IMG/VR virus record: IMGVR_UViG_3300022909_000064
Location: 1 to 35,442 of that record
Origin: a virus
Taxonomy: Duplodnaviria > Caudoviricetes
DNA: 35,442 nt
Direction: 5' to 3' (one strand)
Part shown: one piece after another, positions 1 to 7,814 of the stretch
How positions within the stretch are numbered: position 1 is the stretch's first letter
Layout: the number at the start of each line of letters is the position of its first letter
Notes under the pieces: generated by a model
Told to the model about the DNA's origin: nothing
Databases searched by the model: none
Seen by the model: the letters and a program-made list of their open reading frames with translations, nothing else
Position numbers and translations under genes: made by a program

Positions 1-1707
1 GTTTGAGTATGGGGCGACACCGTTGTTTCTAAGCAGCGGTACCCATGCACCTTGAGCGATTTCATTGGAAAAAGCATCACCGACAGATTCTAGAGTAAGA
101 GAAGCCCCAGTCCCTTTTACATTAAACTCAATCGGGTCTTGTGCAGTTTCTATGTACCCTTCACCAGGTTCCTCGAAAGCGTAATTTGCAACAGCATCTC
201 CATCTCCAGACCCTGTTCCTGTTGACTGCGTTATGGTAAATGACCCAATTGTTATCTCTTCTCCATAGGAGGCAACTGTTTCGTCAACAAGTAGACCGCT
301 TTGAAACAAAGTGCTTTTCTGACTAGGCACTGCATAGATAGTTACAGTTTTTATATCGCCATTTGTAACCTGGGCCACCCTAAATCCAGAGTACCCATTA
401 AATAAAGTTATGTCGTTCTGCCTTTTTATTGTGTACTCAGGGTCTGGTTCTATGGGCAGGAAAACAATCTTGTCATCTTTATTAAAATTCCCGCCTTCTA
501 CAGCACCCACATTCTCAAATATAGATACTTCTTCAATACCACCTACAGACCTTTCAGTCAGAGCGATATCGCTTGGATTAAGGCCGAAAGAATTTAAAAC
601 AACAGTCCCATTATCAGTTCCTTTTGAAATAATTTCATATGAAGACTCAGTATCCCCAGAAGTATGAACGCCTTTTTCTGGAGACCTTGCAGCTTTTCCG
701 CATTCGTCTACTGAAACCTCAATTTCTTTTGCTTTTAGGTTTTTTGATAAAAGCGTAGACTTATTAAAAACAACAGGTGTGAAGTTAGCATCATAAGATC
801 CGAAAGATATTGCTGTCTCTGTTTTTTGCTTACCTATTTCGAACTTAGTAACGATACCCATATAACCAGTAGGCTCATCCCCATCTAGCTGGAAGCCACC
901 GTCTACTGGGTCTTCGGAGAACTTTAAACCGACTATATTTCCTATATCTTCTTCAACAGGGCTTTCTTTAACTACATCAGTCACGGTCTGTACATAGTTG
1001 AGTAGGGTCGTTGTTGAGTTTTTTGTTACATTCGAAACAATGTCTAAGTTTTCAGGTGTTTCTCCTGATTGTGGTAGAACTATTTCATCTATTTTTATGG
1101 TCTTAGGTATTGGCTCACCGTTTCCATCAAGCTCATCAACGCACTCTTCTGGTTTTGTTCCGCATGTATTCCATGCAGTAAAACTTCTAATGGCATCCCC
1201 TGCCTCGTCTCTTTCGCTTGCCAAACAGTCAAATCCATCAGGTTCTGCTTCCTGTGTACCGCAACCAATACCTTTTATTCCGCTGTCTGGGATAGAGCAT
1301 ATTCCGAGATAATAACACCCATCAGGAACTTCTTCACTAGATTCACTTTCTTGATTATCTGGATTAATTATTTCAGTCCCCTGACATTCCAGTACTAGAT
1401 AATCTCCGTGGGATATATTAGTAGGGTACTCAGATATTTTGTCGTACCTATACTTAAATGCTAGCCTGAAAGCTTCCTGTGCATCTTTTGCAGTTTTTAT
1501 TTTACTGCATTCGTCATAGTCAGTTCCATCTAGCTCTTCTATTTTTATAAAATGAACAACTTGGGACTTCCCATTAATTTTTACATCTATGAAATTAGTT
1601 TCTTCAGGCAACTCCTGCCCGTCAGTTGCATTCTCAATAGCTTCTGCAAGTTCCTGAACTTTATCCTCTAGCTCAGAAATTTTCTGCTTGTTCTCTTCGT
1701 CATCCAT
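1..1707 (-). CDS. Putative tail/virion structural protein, truncated at the left window edge (up to 569 codons visible); not in the supplied ORF track
   Basis: ATG at 1707 overlaps the upstream TAA (TAATG). Hand translation of both ends gives MDDEENKQKISELEDKVQELAEAIENA (coiled-coil-like) and ...VKGTGASLTLESVGDAFSNEIAQGAWVPLLRNNGVAPYSN in the same frame, with an acidic Cys-containing stretch between. Tail role inferred from position. Confidence 0.75.
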   Translation of the reverse strand, partial: MDDEENKQKISELEDKVQELAEAIENATDGQELPEETNFIDVKINGKSQVVHFIKIEELDGTDYDECSKIKTAKDAQEAFRLAFKYRYDKISEYPTNISHGDYLVLECQGTEIINPDNQESESSEEVPDGCYYLGICSIPDSGIKGIGCGTQEAEPDGFDCLASERDEAGDAIRSFTAWNTCGTKPEECVDELDGNGEPIPKTIKIDEIVLPQSGETPENLDIVSNVTKNSTTTLLNYVQTVTDVVKESPVEEDIGNIVGLKFSEDPVDGGFQLDGDEPTGYMGIVTKFEIGKQKTETAISFGSYDANFTPVVFNKSTLLSKNLKAKEIEVSVDECGKAARSPEKGVHTSGDTESSYEIISKGTDNGTVVLNSFGLNPSDIALTERSVGGIEEVSIFENVGAVEGGNFNKDDKIVFLPIEPDPEYTIKRQNDITLFNGYSGFRVAQVTNGDIKTVTIYAVPSQKSTLFQSGLLVDETVASYGEEITIGSFTITQSTGTGSGDGDAVANYAFEEPGEGYIETAQDPIEFNVKGTGASLTLESVGDAFSNEIAQGAWVPLLRNNGVAPYSN

Positions 1708-2996
1708 TAAGAAACAAAAGTTAGTTCAACTTTCCAAAGTCTTTTTCCTTTAAATGATGAGACAGGTGTTATCTTAGTAGTAAGTCTTTCAGAATTCCCT
1801 CTATTTAGAGATCCAATGTAAGAAGCACCCCAGGCTATACGACCACCAGCCTTACTTATAGGTTTTCCTTGATAAACAGCAGGTGCACCATCGCCACAAT
1901 CGTAGTTTAGAATTATGTTTTTTTGACCTTGGAGTTGCCCTATATTTACATTCGTGTCTTCTGTGGATTTAAAACTAACAATGGCACTGTTGCTTTTTTT
2001 AAATACAGCGTTCTTTATTAGCTGCTTGTGAGAAAACCCAGACCCGCTTCCAAAACCTTCAAAATATATATCTACCCAAACACTAGGCCATGAGTTTCCT
2101 CCTGAGCCTCCAGTGTACGCAACCATATCTTCGGGTAGAGATTTCCCGACATGAAAAAAAGTATACTTCCAAGCTTGTGCAGCTTCAGACCCTCCCGATA
2201 TGTCACCCCAGTCCATTATACTGAGACCGTTTTGATCGAACCTTACAATCTGAGGAAGATCTATACTGTTTCTCTGCGTGGATGATGTAGCAGTTGACCA
2301 GTACCCCTCAAGAGGTATAATCCAGGATACCTGCCAAAGATCCACACCTGGGTTTGATATGTCTACCTTTGCACTGTTTTCTAGAGGTTCGCAAACGCCT
2401 TTGCTATTAGACAACGCGATAAAAAGGTTTGAGTTGTTTAATTGAGGTGTTTTTAGCGATCTAGGAAAGTTGTTAGCTGATATGATGTTTGAATTAAAAC
2501 CATCTATTGAAGGTCGTGTATTCTCAACTGCTACAGGTAGATAATCCCAGGCATCGTAAAATCCTGATTTTTCAACACTTGGGTGTTTTTGGAAATTAGT
2601 TTCTGAGTAACCTCTTTCGTGAGCTTTTCTTAAAACAACATAGTTCCTTGTTACCTTTTTAAAATCCTTTGATTCAGTTATGTTTTCAGATATGAAAGTA
2701 TCTCTTAAATCAACAAAGGTTCTAGTAAGATAAGCTTTTTCCATAGAGCTTCCAGAGGGCTCTATAGTTTGATTTGTCAGGTAGAAGTTTTTGTATTCGG
2801 TGTCTTCTTCGCCTATTTCTAGAAAAAGCGGTACACCATCAACCGAGATTTCGCCAGTAACTGTTGACGAAAAAACCCCGTTTCTTACAACTTTATCGCC
2901 TTGTACAACATACTTTCTCTGAATTGTATTATACCCAAACTTATTGTCTTGGACAATTTTAGGCCGAGAAAGTTGTCTGATTTTCAGATCTTTCAT
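1707..2996 (-). CDS. Putative tail structural protein (429 aa)
   Basis: Long ORF whose ATG directly follows the adaptor stop (TAG-ATG). Beta-rich composition ending LWKVELTFVS. Function inferred from position after the adaptor only. Confidence 0.55.
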   Translation of the reverse strand: MKDLKIRQLSRPKIVQDNKFGYNTIQRKYVVQGDKVVRNGVFSSTVTGEISVDGVPLFLEIGEEDTEYKNFYLTNQTIEPSGSSMEKAYLTRTFVDLRDTFISENITESKDFKKVTRNYVVLRKAHERGYSETNFQKHPSVEKSGFYDAWDYLPVAVENTRPSIDGFNSNIISANNFPRSLKTPQLNNSNLFIALSNSKGVCEPLENSAKVDISNPGVDLWQVSWIIPLEGYWSTATSSTQRNSIDLPQIVRFDQNGLSIMDWGDISGGSEAAQAWKYTFFHVGKSLPEDMVAYTGGSGGNSWPSVWVDIYFEGFGSGSGFSHKQLIKNAVFKKSNSAIVSFKSTEDTNVNIGQLQGQKNIILNYDCGDGAPAVYQGKPISKAGGRIAWGASYIGSLNRGNSERLTTKITPVSSFKGKRLWKVELTFVS

Positions 2997-3746
2997 CTAC
3001 CACCCTGCTCTTCTGCTTAGTCTTAAGTTTTTATGCTTTTGAGGGGAGACTAATGTAGAGAGTCTTTTCCTAGCTTCGGCTGCACTTCTCATGATAATCT
3101 CCTTGTTGTCTCCGTTATACCTGGGATCAACAAGCATCTTATTCTGTGCTATTGGAAGAACTATGTCATAGACCAAATCTCCAGGTATTCTGAAAACCTC
3201 TTCGTCGAACTCTAGACCCGCAGGCACGATATTCGCGACAATTTCAACCGAGTATTCTTTATCTGGTACAGGATATACTACGAGTTTAGGTATTACCTGA
3301 GTGTCACTCCCGTTATCGGTTTGATCTACAAAATACCATATAGGTCTGTCTTTTTCAGGCTCCTCCATATTAATTGATGGAAAACGACCTCGATATATTC
3401 CGACAGGTCTAAAATCCCCACCATGAAAAGACCTAGCTTTAATCTCATCGCTTCTCGCATTCATCGGGGATAGTGGACCGTGATCTACAAGAACAGGCGT
3501 TTTATCTACATCAATAACCTCTGGGTCAAGTTCTACCTCCTGCACCCCTTCTTCGAAAACCAGTGTGTACTTTCTTGTAGCCCATCGTGGTCTTCTTCCA
3601 TCAATAGGTGAGTAGCACTCTCGATATGCTTGGTTTACTGAGATTCTTACTCTTGCAGCGTCTACTGCTGGAAGTTCTTCCGTTGAATCAGCCCCCAGCA
3701 TACTTGCGACCTGGTCACATACCTCAATAAAAGAAATCTCTGACAT
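2997..3746 (-). CDS. Head-tail adaptor / tail tubular A-like protein (249 aa)
   Basis: N-terminal helices (VCDQVASMLG...VRISVNQAYRE), RPIWY...LVVYPVPDKEYSVEI and RIPGDLVYDIV patterns are typical of podovirus adaptors; lies two genes after the major capsid gene. Confidence 0.75.
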   Translation of the reverse strand: MSEISFIEVCDQVASMLGADSTEELPAVDAARVRISVNQAYRECYSPIDGRRPRWATRKYTLVFEEGVQEVELDPEVIDVDKTPVLVDHGPLSPMNARSDEIKARSFHGGDFRPVGIYRGRFPSINMEEPEKDRPIWYFVDQTDNGSDTQVIPKLVVYPVPDKEYSVEIVANIVPAGLEFDEEVFRIPGDLVYDIVLPIAQNKMLVDPRYNGDNKEIIMRSAAEARKRLSTLVSPQKHKNLRLSRRAGW

Positions 3747-3793
3747 AACAGATATATTCTAGGACTCCGCTTTTTCCTCGACTACCGCTTGTA
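3747..3793 (-). promoter_or_regulatory. Putative late promoter copy 4: TACAAGCGGT-N22-TAGAAT-N9-ATG
   Basis: Box at 3784-3793, -10-like TAGAAT at 3756-3761, ATG at 3746; same architecture as three other copies. Confidence 0.7.
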
Positions 3794-4115
3794 ATTTAGA
3801 AACCCCTTTTTCAAAGTGGTGATCTACATCTTTTTTCTTTACGGCTTTTTTCTCTTTTTTAGGGGTCTCTTTTTTTTCCTTTTTAGGCACTTCTTTATTC
3901 TTCTCCTCCATTAAAACAGAAAAGAACATTCTTTTATAAAGCTTACCCTGTGTTCTAAAAATATCATCAGCCTCTCTTTGGTTTTTAGGCTCATATGCAT
4001 AGTGTCTGCTTTCTTTGTCCCACTCGAAGTTATACTGAAAACGGCTCATGCCCTTTACTCTAATAAGAGGGATTGTGCCCATCTGATCTCTTTTACCAAT
4101 AATTATAATTTTCAT
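3759..4115 (-). CDS. Hypothetical protein following the capsid gene (118 aa, Lys/Glu-rich tail)
   Basis: ORF with a compact N-terminal part and PKKEKKE/PKKEKKA repeats; A-rich leader immediately after the capsid terminator. Confidence 0.7.
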   Translation of the reverse strand: MKIIIIGKRDQMGTIPLIRVKGMSRFQYNFEWDKESRHYAYEPKNQREADDIFRTQGKLYKRMFFSVLMEEKNKEVPKKEKKETPKKEKKAVKKKDVDHHFEKGVSKLQAVVEEKAES

Positions 4116-4125
4116 AATGTTTTTT

Positions 4126-4160
4126 AAAAAAAGCCCCTCCCCGAAACTCAGGGAGGGGCT
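4126..4160 (-). terminator. Rho-independent terminator after the major capsid gene
   Basis: Minus strand reads AGCCCCTCCC-TGAGTTTCG-GGGAGGGGCT-TTTTTT: perfect 10-bp GC-rich stem plus U-tract, 27 nt after the capsid stop. Confidence 0.92.
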
Positions 4161-4187
4161 AGGGTTAAGCGTGAATGTAGCTAAGGC

Positions 4188-5627
4188 TTAGAATGAGAAG
4201 CCAGGGATCTGACGAACTGCCTCAATTAACTGCACACCAGGGATTCTTCCATTGGTGTCTTGGTAAGTAGCCATTCCGTAAACGGACTGAACACCTACAG
4301 CAGATAAGTGTGCATTATTACCACTATTAGCAAAATCATCATAGTGGAAAATCTGTTCATTGAATACACCACCTTTTGCGTAGTATAGTGCAGATTTACC
4401 CATTGCTACTGCATATCCAATAGGAGTAGATGCGGAGTTTGCTTGGTAGATAACAGTACCTACTGGAAGCGTAACTCCTGCAATAGCAGCAGCATTGTTA
4501 GCCTGAGCAGTACCAAGGTCGGCGAGTCCGTTGATTGTGGACCCATCGGCACTGATGTTAGCGTAACTTACGCTGTAGTAAGTACCATTAGGCTGTACAA
4601 TCAGAAGATTGCCTCCACCATTAGGCACAACATGCTGTGCACCACCACCACCAGGAATGTTGGAATCAAAGCCAATGAAGTTAGCGAATGTATCCCCACC
4701 TAGATTTAGAGCAGCAGCCTGAACAGTGCTTTGAGTAGTAACGAGAGCTGTTGGAAGAAGGGGTGAACCTTGACGACCGTCAGCAGTGTCGATGATTACA
4801 TTATGGTTAGCAATCATATTGCCGTCCCACATTGCATAGTTACCGCTGTACAGTTTGTTAGAACTGCTACGCTCGTCAGCTTGGAGAATAGCTTCCATGT
4901 AATCGGGATCACTGCGAAGTGGACGAAGCACTGCGTCAGGGGCGAAGAACAGGTAGCCAGGAATCTCGGTTTTATCATCCCCTCCAACATTCATGGGCTC
5001 ACCGCCTTGAGCGATCAAGGCTTGTTTTGCTTCCTGAATGATGTCGGTACTAAGACCTTCAGCGTAGGTAACTGCCCCATTAGCTCCGTAGTCGGAGATC
5101 AAGTTGGAGGTATTGTTGTTTAAGCAAGTGTCACGAAGGCACGACTGAATGTGGTCTTGCTCTGTACGCCCTGCCCACTCGGACATAACCTCAGCGGAAA
5201 GCTGATCGATGGTTTTACCAGTGAATCTCATAAGTTTGATAACTTGCGTCCATGCGACGGCGTGACGAATTAAGTCAACCTCCACACTGAAAGTACCAAA
5301 CTTTAACTTACCAGTGTTGTTTTTGAGGATTGCTTCCCCACGAACACCTTGACCACGGATAGGAGCGACAGAAGTGAAAGTCACTTTATCTGATCCACCA
5401 GCGGAGAGATCTCTTTTTTCAACTACAGGAGCAGCCGATCCTTCAGATCCGATGAATTTGGAGAATACATTCTTTTCACGAGCATCACGAGTTACGAGCT
5501 CCGACCAAAGCCGTGTACGCAAATCGCCGTTAGCGAAAATATCTGTAGTGTAGTTAGTATTATTTGAAAGAAGGTCAACATTACCAATACCTGGTTGTGC
5601 TGCCCCTTGAGTTGTTTTAATAGCCAT
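4188..5627 (-). CDS. Major capsid protein, DUF4043 / N4-gp56-like (479 aa)
   Basis: LWSE...FSKFIG...DLSAGGSDKVTF...IRGQGVRGE...L...VEVDLIRHAV matches the DUF4043 N-terminal pattern; YSGNYAMWDGNMI and VGVQSVYG fit HK97-fold capsid proteins; follows a scaffold-like gene and is followed by a strong terminator. Confidence 0.9.
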   Translation of the reverse strand: MAIKTTQGAAQPGIGNVDLLSNNTNYTTDIFANGDLRTRLWSELVTRDAREKNVFSKFIGSEGSAAPVVEKRDLSAGGSDKVTFTSVAPIRGQGVRGEAILKNNTGKLKFGTFSVEVDLIRHAVAWTQVIKLMRFTGKTIDQLSAEVMSEWAGRTEQDHIQSCLRDTCLNNNTSNLISDYGANGAVTYAEGLSTDIIQEAKQALIAQGGEPMNVGGDDKTEIPGYLFFAPDAVLRPLRSDPDYMEAILQADERSSSNKLYSGNYAMWDGNMIANHNVIIDTADGRQGSPLLPTALVTTQSTVQAAALNLGGDTFANFIGFDSNIPGGGGAQHVVPNGGGNLLIVQPNGTYYSVSYANISADGSTINGLADLGTAQANNAAAIAGVTLPVGTVIYQANSASTPIGYAVAMGKSALYYAKGGVFNEQIFHYDDFANSGNNAHLSAVGVQSVYGMATYQDTNGRIPGVQLIEAVRQIPGFSF

Positions 5628-5662
5628 TTTATTTAATAATTATAGTGTTTTTTGTTAAAACC

Positions 5663-6712
5663 CTATCTAAGAAACTGCCTACCATCTGGCTGACCTAGCA
5701 TTTGAAAAAGTTGTTCGTTTGAAAGGTTGCCTACATTGTTAAGGACTTGTTCCGCAGATATAGGTTGGTTTGCGGGTTTTGCAGTCTGTCCTGTTGTCAA
5801 AACTTTAGCCTGATTACCCATGACGGGTGGTTGTTGCTGAGGTGCAACTTGCTGAGGTGCAACTTGCTGAGGTGCAACTTGCTGAGGTGCTTCTGTAGCA
5901 CCCTTACTCATTGCAAACTCATTTGCCATAATCTCAGGCCATCGTGGTGACGCAAAAACTGCTGCATAGTCGGGGTCTTGCTCAGCGTTTGATATAAAGT
6001 AGTCAAACTCCTTGCGGTACACCGAGTTCTTGTTATCCAGCTCTGGATACTTTGAAACGGCATTATTCCGACTCTCCAACGCTCTTTGCCGTTGGGATTC
6101 TTGAGCAGATCGAGTTTCTTGTTCTTCCTGCATCTGACGCTGATTTTGCAAATTATTGATCTCTAGCTCCTTTCGAAACAGATCTCTTTGAAGCTGTATA
6201 GCTTTAGCAGTGTCCATATCTTCAGTAGCCTCAGCAATTTGAGACTCCAAAGAAACAACGCTTTCTTTCAAACCGTTAAGATTTAATTCATATGGATCTT
6301 CTTCTGGTTGGCTCGGTTGTTGAACCTGAGCAACCTGCGGTTGAGCGGTTTGCTGTCTTCCGTATATTACATCGGAAGCATCTTGAAAACTGCCCTCGAA
6401 TCCAGACGATCTGTACAAATCAATAACTTGTTGATCGAGCTCGCTTCTTGGTCTTACTCTTCTTTTCGCCAGACGGTCGGCATCACTTTCAGCCTCGTTC
6501 GTCTCTATAATCTCGGTAAAATCCTCCTCTTGATCGCTCACTTCGCCTAACGGCTCAGTTTCGCTTTCTTGAGATGGAGTCTCCTCGATCTCGGGGCTTG
6601 CAACTTCATTGCTAGCCTCGGTTCCTAAAGCATCTCGGAGAGCGTCGGTTGCCACATCCGAAAGATCTTGTTGTTGTTGAGGGGATTCAACCACCTCTTC
6701 TGTATTTTGCAT
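5663..6712 (-). CDS. Capsid scaffolding protein (349 aa)
   Basis: Very acidic disordered N-terminus, central Gln/Glu coiled coil, short C-terminal helix; immediately upstream of the capsid gene. Confidence 0.8.
   Translation of the reverse strand: MQNTEEVVESPQQQQDLSDVATDALRDALGTEASNEVASPEIEETPSQESETEPLGEVSDQEEDFTEIIETNEAESDADRLAKRRVRPRSELDQQVIDLYRSSGFEGSFQDASDVIYGRQQTAQPQVAQVQQPSQPEEDPYELNLNGLKESVVSLESQIAEATEDMDTAKAIQLQRDLFRKELEINNLQNQRQMQEEQETRSAQESQRQRALESRNNAVSKYPELDNKNSVYRKEFDYFISNAEQDPDYAAVFASPRWPEIMANEFAMSKGATEAPQQVAPQQVAPQQVAPQQQPPVMGNQAKVLTTGQTAKPANQPISAEQVLNNVGNLSNEQLFQMLGQPDGRQFLR
5834..5890. repeat. Perfect 15-bp tandem repeat (TTGCTGAGGTGCAAC x3.8) encoding APQQV repeats in the scaffold
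   Basis: Units at 5834, 5849, 5864 and a partial unit at 5879-5890, read directly. Confidence 0.95.
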
Positions 6713-6756
6713 ACCAGCAGAATACAGCGTACTGATTTAAAAATTAAGCGATTGTA
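6713..6756 (-). promoter_or_regulatory. Putative late promoter copy 3: TACAATCGCT-N22-TATTCT-N6-ATG
   Basis: Box at 6747-6756, TATTCT at 6719-6724, scaffold ATG at 6712; the module exactly fills the 44-nt intergenic gap. Confidence 0.75.
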
Positions 6757-6885
6757 TTAGTACTTGTAAATACCTCTTGCTCCAGGCTTCTTTTTCTCAG
6801 GCTCCTGGCATTTTTGTTTCTTAATGCACTCTTTATTCTTACAACCTGGGCATGGTTTAAATTTTTGTTTATCTTTTTTTTCCAT
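6757..6885 (-). CDS. Small basic 4-Cys peptide (42 aa), possible Zn-binding; not in the ORF track
   Basis: Hand translation MEKKDKQKFKPCPGCKNKECIKKQKCQEPEKKKPGARGIYKY; strong SD GGAGGT 5 nt before the ATG; fills an otherwise empty gap. Confidence 0.7.
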   Translation of the reverse strand: MEKKDKQKFKPCPGCKNKECIKKQKCQEPEKKKPGARGIYKY

Positions 6886-7033
6886 TTTTTACCTCCTGGT
6901 ATACTTTTATAGACATATATATTATAGTTATTAAACCCGCTATACTCCCGAATAAGGAATCTAGCGAAGAAAGTCCGAAAGTAGCTAATGTGCCACCAAC
7001 TCCTGTTACTGCTACTCTGTCGATTATGTTCAT
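6869..7033 (-). CDS. Small holin-like membrane protein (54 aa); not in the ORF track
   Basis: Hand translation MNIIDRVAVTGVGGTLATFGLSSLDSLFGSIAGLITIIYMSIKVYQEVKNGKKR: two hydrophobic segments and a basic C-tail; ATG directly abuts the upstream TAA. Confidence 0.75.
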   Translation of the reverse strand: MNIIDRVAVTGVGGTLATFGLSSLDSLFGSIAGLITIIYMSIKVYQEVKNGKKR

Positions 7034-7498
7034 TTATCGTCTGTGAGGCGATGGCCCGAAATAAAAGCCGAGGATTCCCATAAGGGCTGTTTGCCCCATG
7101 TATGCAAGGTGTCCGCTACTGAGCGTGATGGGGTCTTGGCTTGCTGGCCAAGAGATGATTCCGAACAGCAATTCTGTTCTTCCTTCGCCGTTGGCGTTAG
7201 TGATAGAAAGGAATTCCGCTTGTGGGAATATGGTACAGAGCAAGACGCAAAAGCAAAGAGTGCCAATCCCCATAAAAGCAATAATGCGACGAGAAAAATC
7301 CCTGAACTCATTATTACCTCCTTCAGCCAGCTTAGCTTGTAGCTTAATGAAATTTTCATTTGCTCTACTTTCCCTTGCAATTTCGAGCTCGTGCTTCTGG
7401 CGGCGACTCTCAAATAGAAGTCCGAACCCACCTTTGAGCATAGCCCCCATAGCAGTAGAACCGCCTCCAGTAAGAAGCATAAGAAGGATCTCACCCAT
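7034..7498 (-). CDS. Multi-pass membrane protein, putative holin (154 aa)
   Basis: Gly-rich hydrophobic N-terminus, charged helix (RRQKHELEIARE), SRRIIAF followed by a TM segment, and C-terminal ILGFYFG, a layout seen in 3-TM phage holin-like proteins. Confidence 0.7.
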   Translation of the reverse strand: MGEILLMLLTGGGSTAMGAMLKGGFGLLFESRRQKHELEIARESRANENFIKLQAKLAEGGNNEFRDFSRRIIAFMGIGTLCFCVLLCTIFPQAEFLSITNANGEGRTELLFGIISWPASQDPITLSSGHLAYMGQTALMGILGFYFGPSPHRR

Positions 7499-7499
7499 T

Positions 7500-7814
7500 T
7501 CACTCCCCTCCTCCGTAACGCATCTTATCTAAAAGCTCTTCATGCTTTCCTGATATTTTTTCTAAAAAAGTAAGCCTCATATTTTGCTCAGCATCGTCAG
7601 GTAAAAACCCTAACTCTCCGCGAGGCCATTTAATCCTAAACTCCGCATTCATCTTAACATCATGATTAAGTCGAAGGATCTCCATCTCCAGGGCGTTTAA
7701 TCGAGCGTAGATCATAGCTCCAGAGTAAACAATGAATATGGCTGTGCCGAAAACTTTGGCAACGAAGCCTAGGTTGGTTGATACTTTTTTGTTCTCTCCT
7801 ATCTCGTCGCTCAT
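7500..7814 (-). CDS. Single-pass membrane protein with coiled-coil C-terminus (104 aa)
   Basis: TM segment LGFVAKVFGTAIFIVYSGAMIYA followed by a heptad-like region; ATGA overlap with the upstream gene. Confidence 0.7.
   Translation of the reverse strand: MSDEIGENKKVSTNLGFVAKVFGTAIFIVYSGAMIYARLNALEMEILRLNHDVKMNAEFRIKWPRGELGFLPDDAEQNMRLTFLEKISGKHEELLDKMRYGGGE

Noticed and set aside
5834-5890. CRISPR-like array
   Set aside because: Contiguous 15-bp units without spacers, in frame within a coding sequence.
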